A stretch of 63,971 bases of DNA, the filler included, from Octopus bimaculoides (taxonomy: Eukaryota): assembly GCF_001194135.2 (NCBI RefSeq). It is 3 parts of 3 records of this genome, joined end to end, with 100 filler letters (N's around TTAATTAATTAA, not from the genome) between each part and the next. Parts side by side here need not be neighbours in the genome. Positions count along the whole stretch, not along the records: positions 1 to 18,951 come from NC_068992.1; 2 more parts are not named here. One strand, 5' to 3'. Position 1 is the stretch's first letter; each line of letters starts with the position of its first letter. Positions 1 through 13,240 of the stretch are shown here, piece by piece. The position numbers and the translations under genes are program-made. The notes under the pieces are model-generated. The model had not been told where the DNA came from. It was given only the letters and a program-made list of their open reading frames with translations, and ran no database searches.

Positions 1-67
<67 letters not shown>

Positions 68-135
68 ATTTATATCCATATGTTTTTATATATTATGCAT
101 GTATGTGTGCATGTATGTATGTATGTATGTATGTA
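1..135. repeat. (TA)n grading into (TATG)n microsatellite
   Basis: Direct reading. Confidence 0.95.
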
Positions 136-192
136 TCAGCTTCGTGTAACTTAGGGTTTTGTAGGCTCGTAGAACGAACATAAATGTCAGGC

Positions 193-194
<2 letters not shown>

Positions 195-242
<48 letters not shown>
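195..242. repeat. (GA)n microsatellite
   Basis: Direct reading. Confidence 0.95.
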
Positions 243-244
<2 letters not shown>

Positions 245-502
245 ACACGGTATGAGACAAGATATTTTCCAGATGTCAGGCCCCTAACAGTCATCTCAGG
301 TCATGTGGAAGCGGTATGCAATATTTTTTTCTTAGGCCTAGGTGCTCTGACAGAATGTTATTAGTTAGCTGCCGGAGCTATGTCTGGTATCTGCGGAATA
401 TTTTCTCTTTCTGCACTTGCAGTATTATAACCTTTTCAAGCCCAACAACGTCAATTTCAGTTGGTCCTGCTCAGACAACATCATGTCTAATATCACACGC
501 TA

Positions 503-920
503 CAGTGGCTGTGTGGTAAGAAACTTGCTTACCAACCACATGGTTACGGGTTCAGTCCCACTGCGTGGCACCTTGGGCAAGTGTCTTCTACTATAGCCTC
601 GGGCCGACCAAAGCCTTGTCAGTGGATTTGGTAGACGGAAACTGAAAGAAGCCTGTCGTATATATGCATACATATATGTATGCGTGCGTATGTGTGTATG
701 TTTGTATGTGTGTATGTTTGTATGTCTGTGTTTGTCCCACAACATCGCTTGACAACCGATGCTAGTGTGTTTACCTCCCCGTAACTTAGCGGTTCGGCAA
801 AAGAGTCCGATAGAATAAGTACTAGGCTTACAAAGAATAAGTCCTGGGGTCGATTTGCTCGACTAAAAGCGGTGCTCGAGCATGGCTACAGTCAAATGAC
901 TGAAACAAGTAAAAAAGAGA
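503..920 (+). mobile_element. tRNA-derived SINE, family A (internal TA/TG microsatellite), near full length
   Basis: A-box-like GTGGCTGTGTGGTAAG and B-box-like GGTTCAGTCCC head; body CCCACTGCGTGGCACCTTGGGCAAGTG recurs at about 10 places in the window. Confidence 0.85.
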
Positions 921-924
921 GCCC

Positions 925-3900
925 CCACTATACCCATCCTACCCGGTAACTTTCGAAATCCTGCTGACTCCCTACTAGGATGGTCATGTCATTTAAGAGC
1001 TGTGAGCTATAGAGCCAAGCCACCATTACACCATCCGATAGTATTACGAGACAGTAAACATCCAAAAGCTTGAAGAGTTAGGGTGCAGAGTTAGGGAAAT
1101 ATCCACCCTTTGTACTATCTGAGTCTCCTTGTCCATCAGAATGGCTTTACCATCATCATTGAATGAAGAATCATCGATAGAGTCCTTCTGTACTTATCTA
1201 GATCTCATAACTGCAAATTGTATTCCAAAGAGAGACCACAAATACTGCACCACCAGCCAGTTTACTTCAATAAGAAGAATGAACGAACTTATTGTTACCA
1301 TCCTGTTAATGAACTTCAAACTACTGACAACTGACAATCCAAATGCACCACTAGAAAAACATCTTGCCTCAACCAACACACGTATCAGAAAACTCTTTCG
1401 TATCAAGCGCACATACATCGACAACACCAACTCCACCAGCGCCACACCCATCAACACATCTATCGCTACCACTACCTCTACCAATACTACTAAAGCTATC
1501 ACAATCCAATCTAGCCTGAAAAAGGAAGCTCAGACGACAAAAAAAGTCAACCACACAGACACCAAATTTCGTTCTAGTGAGGAGAGCCAACGAAGAATTT
1601 ATGGCCCTCATAGCACGTAATAAAGTTATTGAGTGTAAGGGTGCAATTTATGACACTATCACCAGAAACATTAATATTAGTGCACATAGCAGTAGGGTTG
1701 TACAAAAACATTAGAAAGCTTTTCCCCAATGACGTGGAAATCTTTAATGTAAAAGCTACCAGCAAACTTTTTAATAGGATTCCCAAAGAACCCCAACCAA
1801 ATACGGACGTCGGGCCAGACGCCCTCCAACAGCATCGGAAGAATAAGTAAGCCCGCGCTTCTTTCTCATGACTCTTTCTGGTCAGCATGTCTATTATTAG
1901 AGTAAGTTGTATAGACGTACATGACCTGGGGTCAGCCTGGAAGCAAAGTTTCTTGCTTAATAATCTTAAGTCCCTAGATTTAAATGCAGTAGCCTCCAGC
2001 GAAACCAGGTTGCTGACATGTGCACACTAGACTCCATTTTTTGATGATTTGGTAATGTACACAACTCTGACTCAATCTAAAATGGGAGATTGGGTGACAA
2101 TGCTGTTTAGGAAACGACTGGATCTCAAGGTACGGACGATCTTCCTGGGCGGAGATGGTAAGTTAGTGGTCTTGGATATGAGGAACAGTAAAGGGGTGCT
2201 TTTATACTAGTCTTTGTGCACACCTCGTCTGGCGTGAAGCCGCCGGATTTCTTCAGACGTGTGGCGGTTTTCTTTGGAACATCTAGCTCCTTAGTGTTAA
2301 TGTGTGATTGGAACGCTATTTTGGACGCATACCTGGATTGTGTGGTGCTAGATGATTGGAGGGAAGTGCAAAAGTGTCACAAACCTCCCCAGGTTTTCCA
2401 ACGGGTTAACAGGGACCGACCGTCTGAACTTTCCAACGCATTATTTGGACAGAATCCGGTCTTCAATATGACATCTAGAGAGAGGCAAGCCTGTAGACCT
2501 ACAGTTAGAAGTAGCATTGAGTTGTCCATAGTTAAATGTCATCGACTACACAGACCACAAACGGTCTGAACGGTCGAAGTAGATACGATCCATAAGCAGG
2601 GGCCCGAGTAATGGACGTTGCATGCGCCTTTCATGGTGCGTCAAGATTTTAGTAAGTTAGTCCATCGGAAGTTGTCAGGTGCAATCGTCAACAACCGATG
2701 CTGAAGAGCCCTAAGAAGGACTGATACAGAGGAAGCGCCAAATGTGAAGAAATAGCATCAGTGGAATCTAGAATAGAGGGGAAACCTAGTTAGAAAGCTA
2801 GAAGTGACACTTAGCAGAGGCATTGTGACAGACATGCAGTCGGTGAGTTTGGTTCTTGATCATTCTTTCAATGCCGAACTCAATGGTTGCGCTGTCAGAG
2901 CTAGGGCTCATGATCTAAGAAATTAAGGAATGAAAGCCATTCGGTGAACTCGGGTGGCAGAGGCGCAACTTAGCAAAAAAGGGCTCATACTACATACATC
3001 CGAACAGACCATTGCGGAATTTCAGCAGCTCTTTGCCGACCTGTATGAAACGCGCATTCGGTCGGAGACGAAGGTGGGCTCCACTTCCTAACTCGATGGC
3101 ACTCCGTGCCTTTCCGCCAGAGATGCCGGGTTCTGTGAAATGCCGATAGCAGTCAAAGACATGGGGGACGATGAGTAGCTGCACAAGAGAGAAGTCTCTA
3201 GGACAGTATAATCTACCTTTCGAAATTTATTCTCAGTTATATTCGGTGTTTGGTTCGATGATATCTACAGCAAGGAGAAGTAGAACGGGGGAATTTCCAG
3301 TGCTGTAAGACGCGGCGTAGTGGTGCTGCTTAGTTAGGACCCGAATAAGGGGACCAGAGAGATATTTTTAGTCTCGTAATCCTGCTAAAATACAGATTAC
3401 AAGATTTTGGCCAAGATGTTAGACAAAAGGTGGCACTTGTCGTTGATACACTCATCGACGAAACACTAACCCAAACAGATCTATCCACGAGAAGCTACCA
3501 CTTACGAGATATAATATAGAGAGAATAGATAAGGAACCTGAAATGGATGGGGCTCTGATAAATTTGGTTCAATTAAAAGCTTTTGATAAGGTCGATCACC
3601 AAAACTTAGAGGCTTTACGTTCTGGCTCTCGACTCATTGCTACGAAGCTGGATGCTTCGAGGAGCATCCCGCGTGAACTAAGATGCAGAAGGTTCGTGTC
3701 ACTTTATGGGGACGGTGACACTTTAATAGTGTGGGATATCTTGAAAATGGAGGTGATGAACACTGTTCTAATCGAGTATGAAGCGTTGACAGCAGCAAAA
3801 TTTAAACAGAAGCCGGTAGGCCTGTATCTCGGTACCTAAAGAGGGATATCCTTGCCACCCGACAGCGTCGTAAGGCGCTGGACGGAAGGACCCGTTAAAT

Positions 3901-4025
3901 TACTCGGGATCTGGTTTGGTCTACATCTACAAGTTGACAAGAAGTGGTGAGGAGTAAGTAGGTGGGCAAGAGCGACAGCATCCTCGAAGAGATTAGGCAT
4001 CGCGAATGTTATAACGTCATAATGA
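925..4025 (+). pseudogene. Decayed L1/Tx1-like LINE: ORF1 remnant, APE endonuclease, RT; 3'-truncated
   Basis: Broken-frame motifs: ETR (~2001), CDWNAILD (GDFN-like, ~2303), KSLGQYNLPFEIY (KSPGxDG-like, ~3192), TDYKILAKMLDKR (~3385), KAFDKVDH (~3577), YGDGD (YADD-like, ~3705); many stops and frameshifts. Confidence 0.8.
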
Positions 4026-4029
4026 AATT

Positions 4030-4390
4030 ATACCCAGTTGAGATGAGAAAGACAGGGGCATGAAATTAAAGGTATTGAGTGAAAACCATAGTTGTTATAT
4101 ATGTCGTAATGATAACAACTATAAAGTCTCTGACACTGAAGAACCAGAGTCACCACGTCAGAGAAAGAGAAAGGAAAACAACAGACATCAGCCGAGATAA
4201 GAACCCAGTTTTCAGAAAACCCTCTATCACAGCACCGGCAGTGAAGATGATAATCTCCTGGTAGTCAATCCTAGAAACAAACGAGCAGATATCTCGTCTC
4301 CTATCAGTAGTAACTAGTTAGTGCACTTCATTGTTTTGCGACAAGGAAGACATAATATTTGCAGAGGAATGTGTACAAGATGCTCCTCGA
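4030..4390 (+). mobile_element. Possible second ORF1-like LINE remnant
   Basis: One frame reads SCYICRND...SDTEEPESPRQRKRK, resembling a knuckle region followed by a low-complexity tail; stops present. Confidence 0.3.
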
Positions 4391-4394
4391 TGGA

Positions 4395-4522
4395 GTGATA
4401 AGAGGCTTGCTTCCCAACCATATGGTTTTGGGTACAATCCCACTGCGTGGCACCTTGGGCAAGTGTTTTCTACTATAGCCTTGTGAGTGGATTTGGTGTA
4501 CAGAAACTGAAAGAAGCCCGTC

Positions 4523-4562
<40 letters not shown>

Positions 4563-4614
4563 CCCCAGCATGGCCACAGCTCGTGAGCTGAAACTAGATA
4601 AAATGAAAATGAAA

Positions 4615-4615
<1 letters not shown>
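4395..4615 (+). mobile_element. SINE family A, internally deleted copy
   Basis: Same head and body as 503-920; after the (TA)n it jumps to the CAGCATGGCCACAG 3' end. Confidence 0.8.
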
Positions 4616-4662
<47 letters not shown>

Positions 4663-4673
4663 GTGTGTGTGTG

Positions 4674-4708
<35 letters not shown>

Positions 4709-4744
4709 ATGTATGTATGTATGTATGTATATCGTGTCACTGCG

Positions 4745-5050
4745 TCGTTTAAGCGAAATTAACATGTAAGTGGCTGAGCACTCCACTGCCACGTGTACCC
4801 ATAACGTAGTTCTCGGGAAGATTCCGTGTGAGACAGTGCGTGGCAAAGCTGGACCTTTGAAATACAGGTACAAGAGAAACAGAAAGAAAGAGTGAGAGAA
4901 AGTTGTGATGAAATAGTATAGCAGGGTTCACCACCATCCGCTGCCGGAGATTCGTGGAGCTTTAGGCGTTTTCACTCAATAAACACTTATAACACCCGAT
5001 CTGGGAATCGAAACCGCAAGCCCGATGCCCCAACCATTGGGACATAGGGC
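4745..5050 (-). mobile_element. tRNA-derived SINE, family B
   Basis: Reverse complement matches 19052-19350; tRNA-like head GGTTTCGATTCCCAG near 5000-5040. Confidence 0.8.
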
Positions 5051-5874
5051 CTCTGTATATANNNNNNNNNNNNNNNNNNNNNNNNNNNNNNNNNNNNNNN
5101 NNTATAATTTAGATTCAAGGTGAATACGGTACTTAAAAATTAAGTATAGTATTATCCATTCAATTCCAAAATAAGGTGATTAAAATCAAAATAAGCAACA
5201 AGGATATCCAAAGTTATTGCAGTACAATCGTTTCATGCGAATCCATTTATTTAAGCAATGTGAGCATTACATTAAATGTAAAATGCAGGGCAATCCTCAG
5301 CTGCACAAGGATATAGAAATTTATTGAAATTTCATTTCAACGGAAGGACATATTTTTGTAACTACATTTAAATTCTCCAAGTAGAAAGGAAGAATACAAA
5401 AAAAAAAACATTTTGACTTAGCCAGACCATACAGGCTAGTTATTAATTCTAAGCAGAATTTTAACTGTCACTGTTTTATTTGTTTTGTTTTTTTTGTTTT
5501 TGTTTTTTTTTTTCAGCTTATCAGACCTAGTGATTCAAAGCTTAAAAGGGCACCGGTATTTTCTTAATAGGGAAAGGAAAAGGGGTAAACAATATACATG
5601 GATGATTTGTTTGGGTTTAGTGACAAACTACAATAGGTTGGGAGGTTTTCTCTACTAGCAGAGCAGTTTATAATTATAAACTGGTCTGCCCTCTTAAGCT
5701 TTGAAATTTAACTTGTCCGTTTTCGTCCATTTATACATTGTTTAATCTTTTTCACCCCTTCTCTTGTCTTAGCCCATAAATCTTGATGAGGGTCCTGGTC
5801 TACATTTTTTAGAGCACATGTGTCTAATAAAGAAAAGATTATTATCAGAGTTGATGTTGTTGCCAATACTACTA

Positions 5875-5893
5875 CTTCTACCTACAACAACAT

Positions 5894-5934
<41 letters not shown>

Positions 5935-5970
5935 GCAGTGCAGCAGTAGTAGTAGTAGTAGTAGTAACAG
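5875..5970. repeat. Compound (CAA)(CAT)(CAG)(TAG) trinucleotide repeat
   Basis: Direct reading; explains ORF 5820-6083. Confidence 0.9.
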
Positions 5971-8639
5971 CGGCAACGGCAATTTGTTTTGCGAAGCTAA
6001 AAGCTATCAATGATTTTATTAATTCCAAATTTATTGAATATATTGACGTGGAATGTGCATTGACAAAACCGATTCATTTATAGCTAACAGTTAGACATTC
6101 GTAGAATCTTTAGAACCTTGCAAGCGTGATGAATTAGCAAAATTGTTAGAGCGTCGGAAACCATCTTTTGCTGTTACCGATGTCACCTTTGTCTGCCATC
6201 ATCCAGAGGGAGATAAAATAATGTACCACTCAATAAGAAGATCGATTTTATTGATTAAAACTCTCCCCAACAATTTATAATTCTAAGCTTGTGCTAAAAA
6301 CAATAAATTACTGAATTACCTCTCAAACATCAATAGTAATAATAGATTCTACTTTTTAAAAATCCCTAATGAATTTGTAGTAGGTTAAAATAATGCTTCG
6401 TGCGATTTATATTCCTTTCGTCAGCAAGTTAGGAATATAGTTCACTAAATCAAATGGAAATGGTAATCGAAATTAATAGAAATTGCTGCTACACCTACCG
6501 CATTTTGAGAGTACATACTGCCATGGTTTACCGTCTTTGGTCATCAAAACAAGCCCATCATTTGAAATGTTTCATTGTGATTTAGATGTTGGTTTTAGTT
6601 GGCAGAACAGACTAGAATATTAAAAGTGCGAATTTGATGAAAAGAAAATTTGAATTTGAATGTGCGTTTGTAAATAAATGGGCTTGTCATCTAGAAGACG
6701 TTGGAAGTTAAACGGCAGTGTAAATATAAATCATTTTTGGTGTATGTATATTACAGTATTGAGTATATATATCAAATGTAGTCCTAGTCTTACTTTTACT
6801 CTAGCATGCTATCAATTGTATAATTGAAAAGTTTTATATAAGTGGAATATTCCACTGATATATTCCTTTCACAGTTTTTTCGTATGGAATATAACAGTGA
6901 TTCCTTGTGCAATATTTGATGACCATTCAAACATATTTAAAAACACGTTTATTTATTTAGGAGAAATGAATTATACACTGGATGGAACATAATCAAGGAA
7001 CTGAAATACCAGAGAATATTAAACGTATTATATTGTCCTTCAACTCAAGAAACTCTACGGCGATTACTATCATAATTGTTGTTGCTGTTTAATCACAGGT
7101 TAGTTTTAATTCACAAGACATAATGCTCAAAAGCAGTTCAACCGGGTTATTACTGGGCTCTTCAGAATTATGTAATACTTTACGTCTTTCATTATTGCTG
7201 CTGCTGATCAGCCCCTATAGCGACAATCCCAGAATCAAATGATATTGCAGCCATGTTGAAGCATTCTCTTTTAGAATATATTATTCTGGACAACATTGCC
7301 CACTACATCCATAATAAGATATTGGATCTTTATATGAGGGAATATTGGTTGCTGTTTCCTGTTAGTCTAGTGATGGCGTACAATTTATCTGGTTGACTCT
7401 TCTTTATCGCTGTATTTTGTGTTGCCGTTGCTACTGTTTCTGTTATGTTTTATTGTTGTCTTCCACTTATTAATTGGTGGAGTCTAGAACTAATATTCGA
7501 TAGATTTGTTTCCCTGAAAATAAATAACTATTTGAATTATATATTTATGTGACGTTATGTTAAGAAAATAAATTTGTAAATACAATGTCACTGCTCTAAG
7601 AGCGGTGAACCGTCATATACCATTGATCCGTCCTGATCGATAGACAAAATCACATCAGTTTATATGAAAATAAAAACAAAGCATATTTTCTCAAGTCTTT
7701 ATTGCACAATAAAAAGATGTTAGCTTATTTATTAATCTGCTGATTAAAAAAAAAACTACTGAGTATAACGGATTGTTTGGAATTGTAAACATTCGAGGTT
7801 TATTTAAACTGGTTTCACTGTAGAAGTGATCATAAGTATATCACTTATTTCCCATGGGTACAATTTGAATTTATAACTTGTCACTCTCAGACAATGCGTA
7901 AAAGAAAATGAACATCAACAGCGTCAATAATACTAACCATGATGACTGATGGTCTACGAATGATATTGACTTTCGCAGTCAAACATTTTCTTGAAAATCT
8001 AATTCAATGACATCAGCACATGAAAGTCAGGACAAAATTTAACTCCGCGTGTTCCATTATATACTAATTTTCTTTATAGACATTAACAGGGGGATTCTAG
8101 CCGTTAATATATTATTCTAGCACACAAATACATAGGCATATTGTATACAATGTGAAATTTTCTTTCTGAACTTACTTTGAAACGAATTACACATAGAACA
8201 CTGATCGAATACCCAGAGATTTGTTTTCGACGCTTCCTTTTTCCGTTTTCTCTCATCCGATCTATATAACATGTATGTATAAATGTGTGAATGTGTGTTA
8301 TGTATATATGCGTGTGTACATTACGATTTACATTAAAATACTGGCTTATAAAAAATACGAGTATTATGAAACAACGGTAATAATAAAGTAGTAATAATAA
8401 AGTGCATGTTTTATTATATTTATCTTCCTTTATATACTGTGGAAGAAGCTTATACAATATAATAAATTACACAATATAACAATATGGAATTAATATTGCA
8501 TGAATATTGCAGTTGACAGGGGAAAAATAGAGTCCATACAGTATATGGACAGGAAATTCCTTAACAACCTACTTCTTTAAATGAAAAGATGAAAAGAGAA
8601 ATAATGTGGAAAAGAGAATTGATAGTGCCTACGAATATA

Positions 8640-8845
8640 GGTTTCAAAGTTTGGCTACCAATTTCGAGAGGTGGTATGTCGATTTAATTGATCAAATTGC
8701 TCAACTGGTACAAATCTTATCAACTTCGAAAGGATGAAAGACAAAGTTGACTTCGGTGGAATGTGAATTGAGAACGTAAAGACAGACAAAATACGGCTAA
8801 GTATTTTCCTTGGCGTGCTAACGATTCTGCCAGTTCGTCGCCTTT
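8640..8845 (-). mobile_element. SINE family C (GGCGAGCTGGCAGAA...TTCTGAGTTCAAATTCC...TAAGTACCAG)
   Basis: Diverged match to about 20 other copies in the window. Confidence 0.75.
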
Positions 8846-10875
8846 GTGCGCACGATTATGAATGTAATAGAGTCTTGTTAGATAGCATATATAACAATAG
8901 AGAAATATGGATTTTTAGGAAAGTAAAGCTTTCTCATGCATATTTAGCTATAGTTATTTGATATTCTTCCTTTGCGATGGGAATCACTCTGGAAGAATTT
9001 GAAACCAGGATTTAGTCTCGATTTTATCATACAGGTTTTCAGAAAAGGCAAAACCTTTATAAAGAAGGGACATATGACAATCGTGAAATAATTGGGAATC
9101 CAGCACTCATAACTTATACTTTTACGTCACTCTTTTCAAAATAAATGTATTTATATCACTTCACCAGTGAAATTCATGTAGGCAATCTCAAGACAATACA
9201 CGCTCAAATGGTATATATTAATTGGTGTTCAGCCCAATAAATCTTTTCCCTCATAACAAGTATCATTTGCCTTATTTTGAGTATGTAGAAATAAATGTTG
9301 TATCCAATGCACAACGGAGGGCATGTTTCAGCTGATCAATCATGAGTTCAATATTCTTCGAGTCGGTAGTGTTACCACTATTTTAGCTGGATTGAGAAAA
9401 CATTGTGCATTACATTGCTCATCTCGCTGAAAACTAAATTATTATGAAAAATACATTTTGAAACTATATATAAGATGCAATGTGCATTAAAAAATGATAC
9501 AATAAGTCATACATATAAGATAAAATAAACTTTTCGAATGAATTAAATTGTGAAAGAAGAATGACAACTTTCTACATATGTTTCTAAAAATAATCGCTAG
9601 CAACTATTTAATGCTACTCAGAATATTATTTAAAGCATTTTACTGACAGGAAAGAGAATTGGACAGTAAAAGGGGAAAACGGCAAACTGTAATATTGCGA
9701 CCTTCCCTTAATTGTAGTAATATCGACAAGCACTCTAACGTTAGATCACCAAATAACATGACCAATCGCCCAGCCAAAGTAATCAAAAGATAAACGATAT
9801 ATTGTGTGATTAGACTTTAAATTATTAAAATTTGTGTAACAATGTTCATTGCATGTGCTATCATATAGTATTATTTCCTGATCACAATGAATAATATGAA
9901 ATTGAACACTGTGCACCCATCTTATCTATTACGCACACAATGTGTTGGTAGATAGATAAAGTGGATGCACAGTTTTTGACCAAGATTCTAACAATAATTG
10001 AAATATGTGCAAATGTTCACTTTCTTGGTTACAAACTGATTGTTCTACTCATTATTTAGATTCGATGTTGACTACAACATCTATACATATGTAGTACAGT
10101 ACAGCATAACAATGAAATGAAACAAGGTAGGTATGCCAACAATTCAATATATAATGTAGACACCAAAAAATTGTTATGAGTGCAAAAAGTATATTAAAAC
10201 ACTAACATTAGTGGATGTATATGCAATGTTTTAAGGAAAGAGCAGAGTTGAAGATCAAAGCTCCAATAAAACTCAAAATGTGCATCTGCAGCTGTTCCCT
10301 CTTTTTGTATCCTCAAACATATTACACAGATATATTGTGTACATACGACATAATACAGAGTGCTGACTAACAAATCTATCGATGTGTTCATTAGCACACT
10401 TTAGTACAAGCTCACACCTTTATAGATACATGAAAATGAAGACACGAGCATGAATGAGATAAAAATCCAAGGAGAACATAATAGAAGTCATAATGATAAT
10501 TCAAGGGATATTAGTATTTTGTATTTACTCATTTATAGATTGAGTAAAGAATTAGTTTTCGCTAAGCCCGTGGTTCATTGAAAACAAAATATTTAGAAAC
10601 TTTATGAGCAACAATAGTATTTCATAAGATTTATTGACGTTTCAAATGTTCAGAATATATTTTAGCCGTAACGATTTAAATAACTTCTCCAGGAATTATG
10701 ATGTCAAATAATTAAGCATAAAGAGATCAGCAAAACAACGTCACTATATATTACTTGTAAACAAGCATATACAATTTCTCTTCGGAATCACTTACAAATA
10801 TTGAAATAAACTTTCACAATAAATAAATACAATATCATGTAGTAAATTGATGCCTATTAAAATCATTAATAATAG

Positions 10876-10936
10876 ATTATAATGGACTGGGAAACGAGCA
10901 AACAAATTGGGCGAAATGTGAACGATACTTTTGGAG
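10876..10936 (+). CDS. Candidate exon (phase 1 to 2: DYNGLGNEQTNWAKCERYFWR)
   Basis: AATAG acceptor, GAG|GTATGG donor, open frame in unique sequence; no homology evidence. Confidence 0.25.
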
Positions 10937-11064
10937 GTATGGAGTGCAATAAGGGCGAACTGTGAAATATAAGTATGTATATGTTTCTTTTTCGCAAATA
11001 TAAATCGATATGTTTTTATGCATACGCACACATAGACACACATACATGCATGCATATATTTTTC

Positions 11065-11270
11065 AATCCCTTTATTCTTTTATTTGTTTCAGTTATTTGA
11101 CTGCAGCCATGCTGGAGCACAGCCTTTAGTCAAACAAATGGACACCAGAATTTATTCTTTGTAAGACCTAGGACTTATTCTATCAAACTCATTGCTGAAC
11201 CGGTACGTTACGAAGACGTAAACACACCAGCATCGGTTGTCCACTGATGTTGGTGGGACACAGACACACA
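11065..11270 (-). mobile_element. SINE family A, 3' half
   Basis: Reverse complement matches 730-920. Confidence 0.75.
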
Positions 11271-11324
11271 AATATATATTTATATAAATATACATACATA
11301 CATATATACATACATACATACACA

Positions 11325-11390
<66 letters not shown>

Positions 11391-12559
11391 NNNNNNNNNN
11401 NNNNNNNNNNNNNNNNNNNNNNNNNNNNNNNNNNNNNNNNNNNNNNNNNNNNNNNNNNNNNNNNNNNNNNNNNNNNNNNNNNNNNNNNNNNNNNNNNNNN
11501 NNNNNNNNNNNNNNNNNNNNNNNNNNNNNNNNNNNNNNNNNNNNNNNNNNNNNNNNNNNNNNNNNNNNNNNNNNNNNNNNNNNNNNNNNNNNNNNNNNNN
11601 NNNNNNNNNNNNNNNNNNNNNNNNNNNNNNNNNNNNNNNNNNNNNNNNNNNNNNNNNNNNNNNNNNNNNNNNNNNNNNNNNNNNNNNNNNNNNNNNNNNN
11701 NNNNNNNNNNNNNNNNNNNNNNNNNNNNNNNNNNNNNNNNNNNNNNNNNNNNNNNNNNNNNNNNNNNNNNNNNNNNNNNNNNNNNNNNNNNNNNNNNNNN
11801 NNNNNNNNNNNNNNNNNNNNNNNNNNNNNNNNNNNNNNNNNNNNNNNNNNNNNNNNNNNNNNNNNNNNNNNNNNNNNNNNNNNNNNNNNNNNNNNNNNNN
11901 NNNNNNNNNNNNNNNNNNNNNNNNNNNNNNNNNNNNNNNNNNNNNNNNNNNNNNNNNNNNNNNNNNNNNNNNNNNNNNNNNNNNNNNNNNNNNNNNNNNN
12001 NNNNNNNNNNNNNNNNNNNNNNNNNNNNNNNNNNNNNNNNNNNNNNNNNNNNNNNNNNNNNNNNNNNNNNNNNNATATATATATATATATAAATATATTA
12101 TGTACAATTTATTAATTATTATTTAATTGAAGGCGACGCATCCATTTCCAAGTAAATTTATCTTCACCTTTTTGATGCCACTCTGTACTCTATACTATTT
12201 TCTTCCTCCATCCTTCTCTAATTCCCATTTCTCTCTCTCTCTCTACACTTCTTTCTCTGTTTTTTTCTCTCTCTTTCTCGTTGCTCACACGTGACCATCG
12301 TCCATCTTTCTTTTCCTCACGTGACCATTTTTCATTTCCCCGGACGTTTAAACGAACGCACGTGTTTTTCTCTCTCTCTTATATTTTTCTCTCTCTTATA
12401 TTTTTTCTCTCTCTCTTATATTTTTTTCTCTTTTCAAAAATGTGTTTCTCCCAGCGTTCACTATTTTCCTCCCGTTCGGGTCTAACGACCCTCCATCTTT
12501 GTTTTCGTTCGGTTTCCTTGTCTGTCTCCATTGTCAGATTTATGTTCTCAACTTTGATA

Positions 12560-13240
12560 CTCCGTTAATCCTAAATTTTATTTTGGAATTTATGGGAGCA
12601 AAAGACACATAATGTCGTTGAATGCTCGAAATAAGGAGTAGATAGACAACCGACAACTGATGAAGGGTCCTTTTTCTGCGTTAACTTGTCCTGGGTTTTC
12701 ACTTTTTCTCGTTGGTTACGTATTTCACTCGTTTTCCCCTCATTTGCTTACATATTTGATATTTGCACCATTAGTGACGTCCTGTTCCCATATATGCGTG
12801 TATATATACATACATATATATATATATATATATAATTATATATTTTATTTATTATATATATCTCCTATATATATAATAAATAATATATATATTATTTATT
12901 ATATATGCCACCACTACCTAGTTTAGGATTAGCAACCCTTCCTGTTTGTTTTCACTGTCCTGTTTGCGTTACCTATTTTAACCCTCCGCAAATCCCATAT
13001 TTAATTTAATTAGCTTTGCGGGAGCAACAGTTTTATGGAAAGGGTATATTGTTGTTAAATGCTCGAAATACGAGACTAATAAAACAGACAACAACTGATG
13101 AAGGTTCGTTCTTTATGTTGCTGTTTTTGTTTTTCATTTGTACCATTCGTTGTTCGAAAGAATAGTTCATGTTCCATGTACTCGTGCTTCATACTTTTTG
13201 TTGTACACGTTTTGTGACTTCTTGTGCCCACATATGCATA
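12560..13240 (+). mobile_element. Two diverged copies of a pLTR-like repeat (possibly Penelope-related)
   Basis: GAGCA...TGCTCGAAAT-N24/25-CTGATGAAGG at 12596-12666 and 13022-13104; both end in GTGAC(G/T)TC(C/T)TGT..CCA(T/C)ATATGC followed by TA-rich sequence. Confidence 0.4.

Noticed and set aside
505-560. tRNA genes at SINE heads (also 43680-43750, 57680-57742, 63205-63270)
   Set aside because: A and B boxes only, no full cloverleaf, continuous with SINE bodies.
5518-5556. Possible 39-nt exon after a long T tract (LIRPSDSKLKRAP)
   Set aside because: Modest donor (GTATTT) and no independent support.
6841-6856. Perfect 16-bp palindrome AGTGGAATATTCCACT
   Set aside because: Isolated, with no supporting context; plausible by chance in AT-rich DNA.
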